From: Flavobacteriales bacterium
Lineage (GTDB): Bacteria; Bacteroidota; Bacteroidia; Palsa-965
DNA: 64,000 nt
Assembly: GCA_040377305.1 (NCBI GenBank)
Contig: JBEIPA010000008.1
Coordinates: 96,001 to 160,000 of the forward strand
Reading direction: 5' to 3'
Below the pieces are notes generated by a model. The model was not told where the DNA came from, made no database searches, and saw nothing but the letters and a program-made list of their open reading frames with translations. A program made the position numbers and the translations under genes. Positions 48,920 to 57,449 of this stretch are shown in pieces (position 1 is the first letter of the stretch; each line of letters begins with the position of its first letter).

Positions 48920-49291
48920 GCCTATCTCATAAAATCCCAAAATCTAAACGAACTATTCACCCTACTGATCCGAGATCACCGCTAACACCAAACACACATC
49001 AAAATCCGCGTTCCATTCATCCTCAACTTTAACAAGCCTATCTCATAAAATCCAATATCCAGCCTTTCAAATTTACCGCACTGATCCGAGCGATAACCTA
49101 ACAATTAACGTATATCAAAATCCGCGTTCCATGTTCACCGCTAACACCAAACACACTTCAAAATCCGCGTTCCATTCATCCTCAACTTTAACAAGCCTAT
49201 CTCATAAAATCCAATATCCAGCCTTTCAAGTTTACCGCACTGATCCGAGCGATAACCTAACAATTAACTTATATCAAAATCCGCGTTCCAT
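48920..49291 (-). repeat. 93-bp repeat family array: H 48920-49014, I 49036-49130, partial J 49136-49173, K 49195-49289
   Basis: Full copies read CCTATCTCATAAAATCC...TGATCCGAG...TCAAAATCCGCGTTCC on the plus strand; includes a 159-bp-period near-exact duplication. Confidence 0.93.
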
Positions 49292-49292
49292 T

Positions 49293-50369
49293 TCAAAACA
49301 GCGACAACTGCGCAGCCCCAGCCTTCGGATTAAAGTCCTGCGTATTCCAGGGCATGGGATCCTGATTCAACCCAAGACGACTTGCCGTTAGCTTAAACAG
49401 TTTCGCAATACTCTCCGCCATCTGTCCTTCACCAGTCATGCGAACTCCGTAACGCGTGTCGTTGACTTTTCCACCGTGAGCGCCTTCGATGTGATGCAGG
49501 ATTTTTTCAGCACGATCAGGATACGATTTGCGTAACCAGTCGCGGAAGATATCGCCAACTTGTCCGTTGAGACGTACCATCGTGTAGCCAGCGCTCCGAG
49601 CTCCGTTGGCTGCTGCAGTTTCGAGTACTTCCGGAATCTCGTGTGAGTTCAATCCCGGAATAACCGGTCCGAATAAAATTCCGGTTCTGATACCTGCTTC
49701 GGAAAGAATGCGCAATGTCTCAAAACGATTCTTGTATGTAGAAGTTCTCGGCTCGAGTTTCTGACGAACATCTTCATCCATTCCGGTAATGCTGATCATC
49801 ACATGCACGAGATTTTTCTTCGCCATGTCCGCAAGAATATCAATATCGCGACAGATGAGAGAATTCTTCGTGATCATTGCTGCAGGGTGACGAAACTTCA
49901 GCAAAACTTCCAGCATCTTCCGCGTGAGTTGAAGCTTTCGCTCAATGGGTTGATAGCAATCGGTGTTGCCGGAAAACATCATCGGCTCTGCTTTGTGACG
50001 AGGATTGCTGAGCTCTTTCTCGAGCAATTCAAATGCATTCATCTTCACAATCACCTTGCGTTCGAAATCGAGCCCAGCGCTATATCCCCAGAACTCGTGT
50101 GAATTTCTCGCATAACAATACACACACCCGTGCTCACAACCCTGATAAGGATTCAACGACAAGTTCATCAGATCCGGGCTATCGACTTTATTTATAATCG
50201 TCTTTGGAAACGTCTGCAGATACTCCGTCTTGTCATCGAGCAGCATGGGCTCATCAATTACCTCGATGTGCTCCATAACTCGTTGCTGCTTGAAGAAACG
50301 GTTGTTTGGATTTATCTGCGCACCGCGCCCGTGAAATGTTTGATTGTCGTAAATGTTGCTCGCGATCAT
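49293..50369 (-). CDS. PA0069 family radical SAM protein (SplB-like)
   Basis: GRGAQINP.NRF, LNPYQGCEHGCVYCYAR, SGNTDCYQP, LEPRT, terminal QLSLF. Confidence 0.93.
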   Translation of the reverse strand: MIASNIYDNQTFHGRGAQINPNNRFFKQQRVMEHIEVIDEPMLLDDKTEYLQTFPKTIINKVDSPDLMNLSLNPYQGCEHGCVYCYARNSHEFWGYSAGLDFERKVIVKMNAFELLEKELSNPRHKAEPMMFSGNTDCYQPIERKLQLTRKMLEVLLKFRHPAAMITKNSLICRDIDILADMAKKNLVHVMISITGMDEDVRQKLEPRTSTYKNRFETLRILSEAGIRTGILFGPVIPGLNSHEIPEVLETAAANGARSAGYTMVRLNGQVGDIFRDWLRKSYPDRAEKILHHIEGAHGGKVNDTRYGVRMTGEGQMAESIAKLFKLTASRLGLNQDPMPWNTQDFNPKAGAAQLSLF

Positions 50370-50458
50370 GGCTTTCCCTCTTTTGATCAAAGCTAGAGAG
50401 GCAGGAAGCGGACGGCAAGGTATTTAACGCATAGCTAAATTTTTTAGCCAGGATGGCT

Positions 50459-50607
50459 AACGCTGCAAGGGTTACGCGCGCGCGTACGCGAACCCTGCAG
50501 GAGTTAAACGCTTGCGGGGTTCGAGATTCAGACACGCTCCAAGGGTTAAGCCCTTGAAGGGTTACACGTGCGCGCGAACCCTGCAGGAGTTAAACGCTTG
50601 CAGGGTT
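50459..50607. repeat. REP-like palindromes AACCCTGCAGG-AGTTAAACG-CTTGCAGGGTT and variants (about 4 units)
   Basis: Near-identical 31-bp hairpins at 50491-50521 and 50577-50607; variants at 50459 and 50533; CG-alternating linkers. Confidence 0.8.
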
Positions 50608-50645
50608 AAAAAAAAGATGCCTTCGTTCTCTCAAACAAAGGCATC
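50608..50645 (-). terminator. Rho-independent terminator of 50676..52079
   Basis: Minus strand GATGCCTT...AAGGCATC followed by a T run. Confidence 0.75.
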
Positions 50646-50675
50646 AGAAATAATAAACTGTATAATCAGTTCAGC

Positions 50676-52079
50676 TTACTCTTTCACCAGCTTCGCAGTA
50701 CTCACCATCTCTTCTCCTTCTATCATCACAGAGTAAATTCCGCGAGCTAAGTCTGCAGCAGGAATTTCAAGGATAACAGGCCCAGCCGGAACACTTTCAG
50801 TTGCTGAAAGCACCAAGCGACCAGTTGCGTCGTACACACTCCACTTCACGTTTTGTGAATGTGTTGTGTTCATGTTCACGAAGAAATTCGAGTTGAATGG
50901 ATTTGGATACGCTGTTAGGTCGACTGCCGGTGTTGCGAATTCAGATGCCCCAGTAATCGCGGCGGTAATGTCCAGTATGAACAATCCGTTCTGCATATCA
51001 GAGCAGATGATCAAGCCTGAAGGAAGATCGGTGTAAGCGCCCCAACATCCGTGGTAAGCCTGCGTATAGTTTGGAAAATTGATCAGCGTATCCGTATCGA
51101 AATAGCCAGTGCGCACAATGTTCGAAGGATTACTGATGTTGAACACTTGCAGTCCATCTGTATAGTTCGCACCAATGAGAATGTCATTGCCCATGATATA
51201 CGGATTGTGCGGTGTGTTGCCGGTGTTTGAACGGAAAGTTTGATTCACAGAAATGTTCCCCATGTTAGAAACATCAATTGATTTGATTCCACGACCTGCG
51301 GGAACTTCATCCATAAAGATGAGCGTGCTTCCGTCGGAGGTTAAGAAACTGCTGTGGTTGTAACCGCTCTCGGGGTACGAAGTCAGAATTCCGATCTGCT
51401 GGAACGTGGTTGAGAATCTGTAAATGAACAATCCGTCGTAACCACCTGACGCGTACACCGTGTCATTGCGCACAAACATATCGTGAACTGAACCCGGATT
51501 GTTGTAATCCTGACCAAGGTGACGAATCAACGTTGGCGTAGTTGGATCGGCAGAAAGATCGTACACAGCCATTGAATAGAAGAACGCGTTGTTATCGCCG
51601 GTTACACTTCCGCACCAGAGGTTATCGCCATCAACATAAATTGTGTGACAACGTTCGAAGATGGAATTGTCGTTACGTACTATGTGAACTGAATCCGGCA
51701 GGTAACTCATATCTGCAATGATGAAAGAGTTTGGTGCAGCGTCATCTGATACGATGTAGCAATAGTTCTGATACGTTTTGACTTCGTGCCAGATCAGATC
51801 ACCATGCGTCGCAGGAATGAAATCGCACAACACAGGTAACGCAGGATTTGTAATGTCGATAAAGAATGTTCCGTCAGATGCACCCATGATTGCGTACTCG
51901 CGATTGTTCACGGTGTCTGCCCAACCCCAGATACCCTGGTACTGGATGCCGTAAACCGGTTCCGGATCCTGTGTAGGATTGAACCAATGTCCGATCATAT
52001 TGACATTCTGTGAAGCATACGATTGTGCGTTCACTGCGAAAGGAAGCAGTGCTAATAGGAAAAAGTAGATTTTCTTCAT
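50676..52079 (-). CDS. Choice-of-anchor B family (LVIVD repeat) T9SS type A protein
   Basis: IWGW.D...REYA, HDMFVRND, YNHS, HNPY, WG.Y..LPSG.I..SD; C-terminal AYPNPF...LARGIY. Confidence 0.88.
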   Translation of the reverse strand: MKKIYFFLLALLPFAVNAQSYASQNVNMIGHWFNPTQDPEPVYGIQYQGIWGWADTVNNREYAIMGASDGTFFIDITNPALPVLCDFIPATHGDLIWHEVKTYQNYCYIVSDDAAPNSFIIADMSYLPDSVHIVRNDNSIFERCHTIYVDGDNLWCGSVTGDNNAFFYSMAVYDLSADPTTPTLIRHLGQDYNNPGSVHDMFVRNDTVYASGGYDGLFIYRFSTTFQQIGILTSYPESGYNHSSFLTSDGSTLIFMDEVPAGRGIKSIDVSNMGNISVNQTFRSNTGNTPHNPYIMGNDILIGANYTDGLQVFNISNPSNIVRTGYFDTDTLINFPNYTQAYHGCWGAYTDLPSGLIICSDMQNGLFILDITAAITGASEFATPAVDLTAYPNPFNSNFFVNMNTTHSQNVKWSVYDATGRLVLSATESVPAGPVILEIPAADLARGIYSVMIEGEEMVSTAKLVKE

Positions 52080-52120
52080 GATGAGATATTGAGAGGTCAA
52101 GATACGAAATCGCGGGAGAA

Positions 52121-52210
52121 GGAATTAGGGGATTAAGGGATTGGGGGATTTGGGACTACAAGTGGTATGAACCGCCCAAATCCCACAATCCCCCAATTCC
52201 GCATCTCCTC
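52121..52210. repeat. Inverted arrays of 8-mers (GGGATTnn / nnAATCCC)
   Basis: GGAATTAGGGGATTAAGGGATTGGGGGATTTGGG ... CCCAAATCCCACAATCCCCCAATTCC. Confidence 0.78.
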
Positions 52211-52238
52211 AACGACTAATAACGAGGGAATGCTTTTG

Positions 52239-53054
52239 TTATAACTCCGCTACCATTTGGGCAATAATCTTCGTCATCTTCTTCTCTGCAATTGCCGCCA
52301 CATGCTGCACTTCTTCGTGTGAAACCACAACAATTTTTCCGGGAACACCCAAATCTGTGATCACCGACATGGCAAAACAAGGTAGACCCATGTGACGCGC
52401 AACGATGACTTCAGGAACAGTACTCATTCCAACTGTATCAGCGCCGATATTGCGAACGTATTTGTATTCAGCCGGTGTCTCGAATGTTGGACCGCTTAAT
52501 CCAGCATAAATACCGTGCACAACATTAACTTGCAATGATGCTGCAACTTTCTCGCACAGTTTCACCAATGATTTGTCGTATGCATCACTCATATCCGGAA
52601 AACGCGGACCGAATCGCTTATCGTTTGGACCAACGAGCGGATGTGCAGGAAATAAGTTGATGTGATCGGTAATGATCATGAGATCACCGATTTCAAAATC
52701 AGGATTTACGCCACCGGATGCATTCGAAAGGAACAGGCGCTGTATACCGAGAACCTTCATCACACGAACCGGAAAAGTTACTTCCTGCATTCCATAGCCT
52801 TCGTAGTAATGAAAACGACCCTGCATAGCAACTACATTCTTTCCGCTGAGCTTGCCGAAAATCAGTTTTCCTGAATGACCTTCCACGGTCGATACCGGAA
52901 AATCAGGAATGGTGTCGTACGGAATTACAAAATCAGCTTTGATTTCATTAACGAGTCCGCCTAAACCGGTGCCGAGAATAATTCCGGTTTCAGGAACGAA
53001 TCCGTTGGTCTTCTCATTGAGAAACTTTACGGTTGATTGAATGCGATCGAACAT
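52239..53054 (-). CDS. punA: Purine-nucleoside phosphorylase (trimeric family)
   Basis: ILGTGLG, STVEGH.G, QGRFHYYEG, NASGG, GPTFETPAE, VGMSTVPE. Confidence 0.95.
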   Translation of the reverse strand: MFDRIQSTVKFLNEKTNGFVPETGIILGTGLGGLVNEIKADFVIPYDTIPDFPVSTVEGHSGKLIFGKLSGKNVVAMQGRFHYYEGYGMQEVTFPVRVMKVLGIQRLFLSNASGGVNPDFEIGDLMIITDHINLFPAHPLVGPNDKRFGPRFPDMSDAYDKSLVKLCEKVAASLQVNVVHGIYAGLSGPTFETPAEYKYVRNIGADTVGMSTVPEVIVARHMGLPCFAMSVITDLGVPGKIVVVSHEEVQHVAAIAEKKMTKIIAQMVAEL

Positions 53055-54111
53055 ATTCAGTTACTTGGAGGTTAAAATCTTCTGCGTCATCATGAAACGC
53101 AATTTCAATCGGAATGTAGTAAAGCGGAAGATCGCCGATGTATTCTTTGAGTCCCGGTTTCTCCAGACGCATCGCATCCTTCTCGGTCATCAGCACAATC
53201 TTCTTATGATTCGTGTTAGCTTTAAACAATTCCTGCAAACGTAGCAGATCGGCAGGAGAAAACTCGTAATGATCACGAAATTTATACGGGATCAATTCCT
53301 TGACCTGATCCTGAAGATAATATTGAAGCGAATCTGCGTTGGCGATACCCGTCATCAGGAAAACAGTATAGCCTTCGCTTGCAATCTGTTCACGAGGAAT
53401 TTCGTTCAGTCCTTCCATGCCTTTCAACGGAATGATATTGCCATAGCGAATCGTAGAGAAATAAATTTTCTGGTACGGTTCAGCTTTCAGATCTTTCATC
53501 ACACGTTTTCGCTCAAGCGGAGAAAACATCTCAGGCGTTTTCGTCACGATGATAATGTCGGCACGCTTCGATCCTCGTTTTGATTCCCGAAGATTCCCGG
53601 TTGGAAGAATATAATCTTCGTAATACAGCTGCGAATAATCGGTAAGCAGAATCTGCAAGCCGGGTTTAATTCGCCTGTGCTGAAAAACATCGTCGAGTAG
53701 AATCACCTGACGATCCGGAAATTGTTCACGCAGTTTTTTCACACCACGCACACGGTTTCCATCTACAGCCACAGGAACGTCCTCCGGAAAACGGTGACGA
53801 AATTGTTTGGGCTCGTCACCAATATCCAAAGTCGTCATGGAACGATCGGCAACAAGAAATCCAGAAGTCTTTCTTCCGTAGCCGCGACTCAGTGTTGCAA
53901 TTCGGTACTTCGGGTGCAGCAACTTCACGAGATATTCAACGTGCGGGGTTTTTCCTGTTCCGCCAACTGTAAGATTTCCCACTCCGATCAAAGGAATATC
54001 ACGAAACTCTGTCACTGGAAAAATTCCGAGATCAAACAGCTTGTTGCGAAGCCAGGTAGCAAAGCCGTAAATTATGGCGATTGGGAAAGCGAGTATGCGG
54101 AGAAGTTTCAC
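53014..54111 (-). CDS. lpxK: Tetraacyldisaccharide 4'-kinase
   Basis: VGNLTVGGTGKTP, LSRGYGR, IGDEP, LDD.FQHR, LPTGNLRE, TEKDA. GTG at 54111. Confidence 0.95.
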   Translation of the reverse strand: MKLLRILAFPIAIIYGFATWLRNKLFDLGIFPVTEFRDIPLIGVGNLTVGGTGKTPHVEYLVKLLHPKYRIATLSRGYGRKTSGFLVADRSMTTLDIGDEPKQFRHRFPEDVPVAVDGNRVRGVKKLREQFPDRQVILLDDVFQHRRIKPGLQILLTDYSQLYYEDYILPTGNLRESKRGSKRADIIIVTKTPEMFSPLERKRVMKDLKAEPYQKIYFSTIRYGNIIPLKGMEGLNEIPREQIASEGYTVFLMTGIANADSLQYYLQDQVKELIPYKFRDHYEFSPADLLRLQELFKANTNHKKIVLMTEKDAMRLEKPGLKEYIGDLPLYYIPIEIAFHDDAEDFNLQVTEYVRSHSINRKVSQ

Positions 54112-54298
54112 TAATGCGAAGATAGCGGTTAGGCCGGAGTTAAGCTGCCTGAAACGCAGACGTACTTCAATCTTACACGAAACAATGGCCTTTCTACACA
54201 ATTATACAATCACGATTTACTACTAGACCGTCAAAGGATATAATGAGTAAATTAGTTCATTCAGATCAGCTTGTCAACTTCCGAAGAACAGGATTCCA

Positions 54299-55159
54299 AT
54301 GAGAAAACTTCACACTATTTTCCTGTTCGCCACGTGTAGTTTTTCTGTTGGGTTGTTTGTTCAACAACTAACACCTGATCAATACATTCCACTAGACGCT
54401 ACACTGAGCAAAACGAAGAATGTTTCATTGGGTAAAGACGATTATTTAATAAAGAGAAACACGAAACCTGTGCCGGATATTAGTCGCAAGTTCATATTAC
54501 TCGAAACCGGAGTTTCCAGGCTTTCAATTCCAAACCACATGCTGCAGCTCGATAGCACAGTCCCATCACAAGGATTGTACGCTCCGATTGTATCTTTCAC
54601 TTGGGCCACTCAGAAAAGGTTGCATTGCTTCTTTAGTCAATCAGTGGTGATTGCGACGTTTGCACAGACAAGTTCTTATGGAACGGGATATTCGAATGAT
54701 CCGCACTCTCCGGGATATTCTGTAAAGGAACGTATCGCAATATTTTCACGACTGTCTTTCACGGGATGGACAGCTAATCTTAATCTGGAATTTGGGAACA
54801 GATTTTACTGGGGAGCCAAGTTCTCTGCTGGACTTGGATTAGGAGGTTTTTATGACCGCTATTGGCAACATTATTACAAAAAAACTACTTTCAGTCCTCA
54901 AGCCACTACCGTCTTAACTGAGGTAACCAGCGGAACAATGGCAGTTGGATTGGCATTCGCATTTTATGGCGGTGCTGCAATACATCTAGGTTATGCCCTG
55001 AACGATCAATTCGCAATATCGTTTACAGCTGCAGAGAATATATGGTTATTGCCAGGTCACGCTTTGGTTGAGGGATATTACCTTGAAGATGGGATGATCG
55101 ACAGGCTCGATCCTGTAGCACAGGTAGGAGTTCGCTATACTTTCCGTAAAACGGAGTGA
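54299..55159 (+). CDS. Hypothetical protein, probable outer-membrane beta-barrel
   Basis: N-terminal hydrophobic signal, amphipathic strands, terminal VGVRYTF. Confidence 0.6.
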   Translation: MRKLHTIFLFATCSFSVGLFVQQLTPDQYIPLDATLSKTKNVSLGKDDYLIKRNTKPVPDISRKFILLETGVSRLSIPNHMLQLDSTVPSQGLYAPIVSFTWATQKRLHCFFSQSVVIATFAQTSSYGTGYSNDPHSPGYSVKERIAIFSRLSFTGWTANLNLEFGNRFYWGAKFSAGLGLGGFYDRYWQHYYKKTTFSPQATTVLTEVTSGTMAVGLAFAFYGGAAIHLGYALNDQFAISFTAAENIWLLPGHALVEGYYLEDGMIDRLDPVAQVGVRYTFRKTE

Positions 55160-55224
55160 GATTAATTTAAAGCTCTGCCACTTCCGCTTTCTCTGTTTGT
55201 ACTCCTCTGGCCTATCTTTACCGG

Positions 55225-56322
55225 ATGAAAATCTCCGAAGTAATATCTAATCTCGAATCGTGGGCTCCGCCATCACTCCAGGAATCGTACGACAATTGCG
55301 GACTCATCGTGGGTAATGCGCTTACGGAAATCACCGGCGTGCTTGTTTCTCTCGATTGCACAGAAGCCATTATCGATGAAGCTGTGAAGCATGGATGCAA
55401 CCTTGTTGTTGCTCATCACCCGATTGTATTCTCCGGATTGAAAAAGTTCAACGGAAAAAACTACGTCGAGAGAACAGTTATTTCTGCAATCAAAAACAAC
55501 GTAGCCATTTACGCCATTCACACCAATCTAGATAATGTTCACAACGGGGTGAACAAGAAAATTTCGGACGTGCTTGGATTGCAGAACGCAAAAATTCTTG
55601 CGCCGAAGTCGGGCTTGTTAAAAAAGTTTGTGACGTTTTGTCCGGCTGATTCTGCGGAGAAAGTTCGTGAGGCATTGTGGGAAGCAGGCGCAGGCACCAT
55701 TGGAAATTACGACAAAGTGAGTTACAATCTGGATGGAACGGGAACGTATCGCGGTAATGAGCACTCGAATCCGGTTGTTGGTGAAAAAGGAAAGATGATG
55801 CGTGAACCGGAAGAGCGAATCGAAATCATATATGCAACTCATCAGGAAGGAAAAATTCTGCAGGCGTTGCGCGCTTCACATCCGTACGAGGAAATTGCAT
55901 ACGATCTTTACCCGATGACTAATCAGTGGCAGCAAGTGGGCTCCGGAATGGTCGGTGATCTTGCCGTTCCTTTGGGTCAGAATGAGTTTTTAGGTCTGGT
56001 TAAAACCATGCTCAAGGCGCCCGTGATCCGGTACACACCAACGCCCGGAAAACAGATCAAAAAAGTGGCAGTTTGTGGTGGATCGGGCAGTTTTTTGCTT
56101 CCGGATGCAATTCGGGCCGGGGCTGATGCATTCGTCACGGCCGACTTCAAATACCACCAGTTCTTCGACGGGGAAGGAAAAATCCTGATTGCTGACGTGG
56201 GACACTTTGAAACTGAGCAGTTTACAATTGACCTTATCAGCGACAGGCTAAGGGAATTTATCACTACATTTGCAGTCCGCAAAACGGAAATTGTCACAAA
56301 TCCGATAAATTACCACGTATGA
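55225..56322 (+). CDS. Nif3-like dinuclear metal center protein (DUF34)
   Basis: QESYDN.GL.VG, AHHP, HTNLD, HPYEE.AYD, VCGGSG, GHFETE. Confidence 0.95.
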   Translation: MKISEVISNLESWAPPSLQESYDNCGLIVGNALTEITGVLVSLDCTEAIIDEAVKHGCNLVVAHHPIVFSGLKKFNGKNYVERTVISAIKNNVAIYAIHTNLDNVHNGVNKKISDVLGLQNAKILAPKSGLLKKFVTFCPADSAEKVREALWEAGAGTIGNYDKVSYNLDGTGTYRGNEHSNPVVGEKGKMMREPEERIEIIYATHQEGKILQALRASHPYEEIAYDLYPMTNQWQQVGSGMVGDLAVPLGQNEFLGLVKTMLKAPVIRYTPTPGKQIKKVAVCGGSGSFLLPDAIRAGADAFVTADFKYHQFFDGEGKILIADVGHFETEQFTIDLISDRLREFITTFAVRKTEIVTNPINYHV

Positions 56323-57146
56323 ACATGACGAAGGCGAAAAAGGCCGATGAGAAATCGGACATCCCGGTAGAAGAAAAACTCAAAGCACTTTACGAATTAC
56401 AACAGATCGATTCACAGATCGACCGTATCCGTACAGTACGTGGAGAATTGCCGTTGGAAGTTCGCGATCTTGAGGACGAAGTAGCAGGTTTGCAGACGCG
56501 TGCAAACAACCTCAACGACGAAATCAAGGCGTTGGAAGATTCAATCAACGATAAGAAAAACGTTTCGAAAGACGCGTTAGCTGCAATTAAAAAATATGAA
56601 GGTCAGCAAGGGAAAGTTCGCAACAACCGCGAGTTTGATTCCCTGAGCAAAGAGATCGAGTTTCAGAACCTCGAGATTCAGCTTGCTGAGAAGCGTACTA
56701 AAGAGTTCAAAGCTCAGATCGCTGCGAAAAAAGAAATCATTGACGGTTCACAAGCTACTCTCGACGAGCGTAAAGAAGATTTGCGTTTGAAGAAAGAAGA
56801 GCTCGAAGACATCGTTGCAGAAACACGCAAGGAGGAAGAAGAATTGCTTGAGCACTCAAAAGTTGCTGAGCAGAAAATCGAAGCTCGCTTGCTGAATGCA
56901 TACCAACGCGTTCGCCAGAACGTTCGCAACGGCCTCGCTGTTGTACACGTACAGCGTGATGCTTGCGGAGGATGTTTCAATAAAATTCCACCACAGCGCC
57001 AGTTGGATATCCGTACACACAAGAAAATTATCGTGTGCGAACATTGCGGACGCATCTTGGTAGATGCTGATTTCCTACTCGGAAACGGTCGCCCGGTTGA
57101 GCCTGTAGTTGAGAAGAAAGTTACTCGCTCACGCGCTACAAAATAA
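56319..57146 (+). CDS. Coiled-coil C4-type zinc-ribbon protein (DUF164 / CT398-like)
   Basis: Long coiled coil; CGGC...CEHCGRIL. Confidence 0.92.
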   Translation: MNMTKAKKADEKSDIPVEEKLKALYELQQIDSQIDRIRTVRGELPLEVRDLEDEVAGLQTRANNLNDEIKALEDSINDKKNVSKDALAAIKKYEGQQGKVRNNREFDSLSKEIEFQNLEIQLAEKRTKEFKAQIAAKKEIIDGSQATLDERKEDLRLKKEELEDIVAETRKEEEELLEHSKVAEQKIEARLLNAYQRVRQNVRNGLAVVHVQRDACGGCFNKIPPQRQLDIRTHKKIIVCEHCGRILVDADFLLGNGRPVEPVVEKKVTRSRATK

Positions 57147-57190
57147 TTGACAGTTGTGCCGAAAGGCACTCTGCAGTCAAAGTAAATAGG

Positions 57191-57225
57191 AAGAGGAATC
57201 GTGAAAGCGGTTCCTCTTTTTGTTT
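57191..57225 (+). terminator. Rho-independent terminator
   Basis: AAGAGGAA...TTCCTCTT stem followed by a T-rich tail. Confidence 0.75.
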
Positions 57226-57342
57226 AAGTAACTTCCTTGGAGCGGTGCGAAATTATTTCAAGTAGCAGATACACGCTGCACGATGACATTCGGGGAAGGT
57301 GAAAAATTTATCGAACATCTTCTCGAACAGATGAAGCAATAA

Positions 57343-57397
57343 CCGTTGCTTACATCATTATCGCCGTTCCTTACATGTGGCGTGCGTACGTTACATG
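57343..57397 (+). promoter_or_regulatory. Triple direct repeat CGTnnnTTACAT at 21/20-bp period (LytTR-type operator candidate)
   Basis: TTACAT at 57350, 57371 and 57391, upstream of 57450. Confidence 0.5.
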
Positions 57398-57449
57398 TGC
57401 CGAGGTGATGCGATAATAGAGAGTTAGGTTTAACAAATAAACCTACTCT

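Noticed and set aside
48399-49014. Classical IS element with a transposase
   Set aside because: The enclosed protein has no DDE or HUH motifs and no target-site duplication is visible, so it is reported as a candidate system only.
49131-49391. 86-aa ORF on the plus strand
   Set aside because: It is translated repeat DNA overlapping the radical SAM gene antisense.
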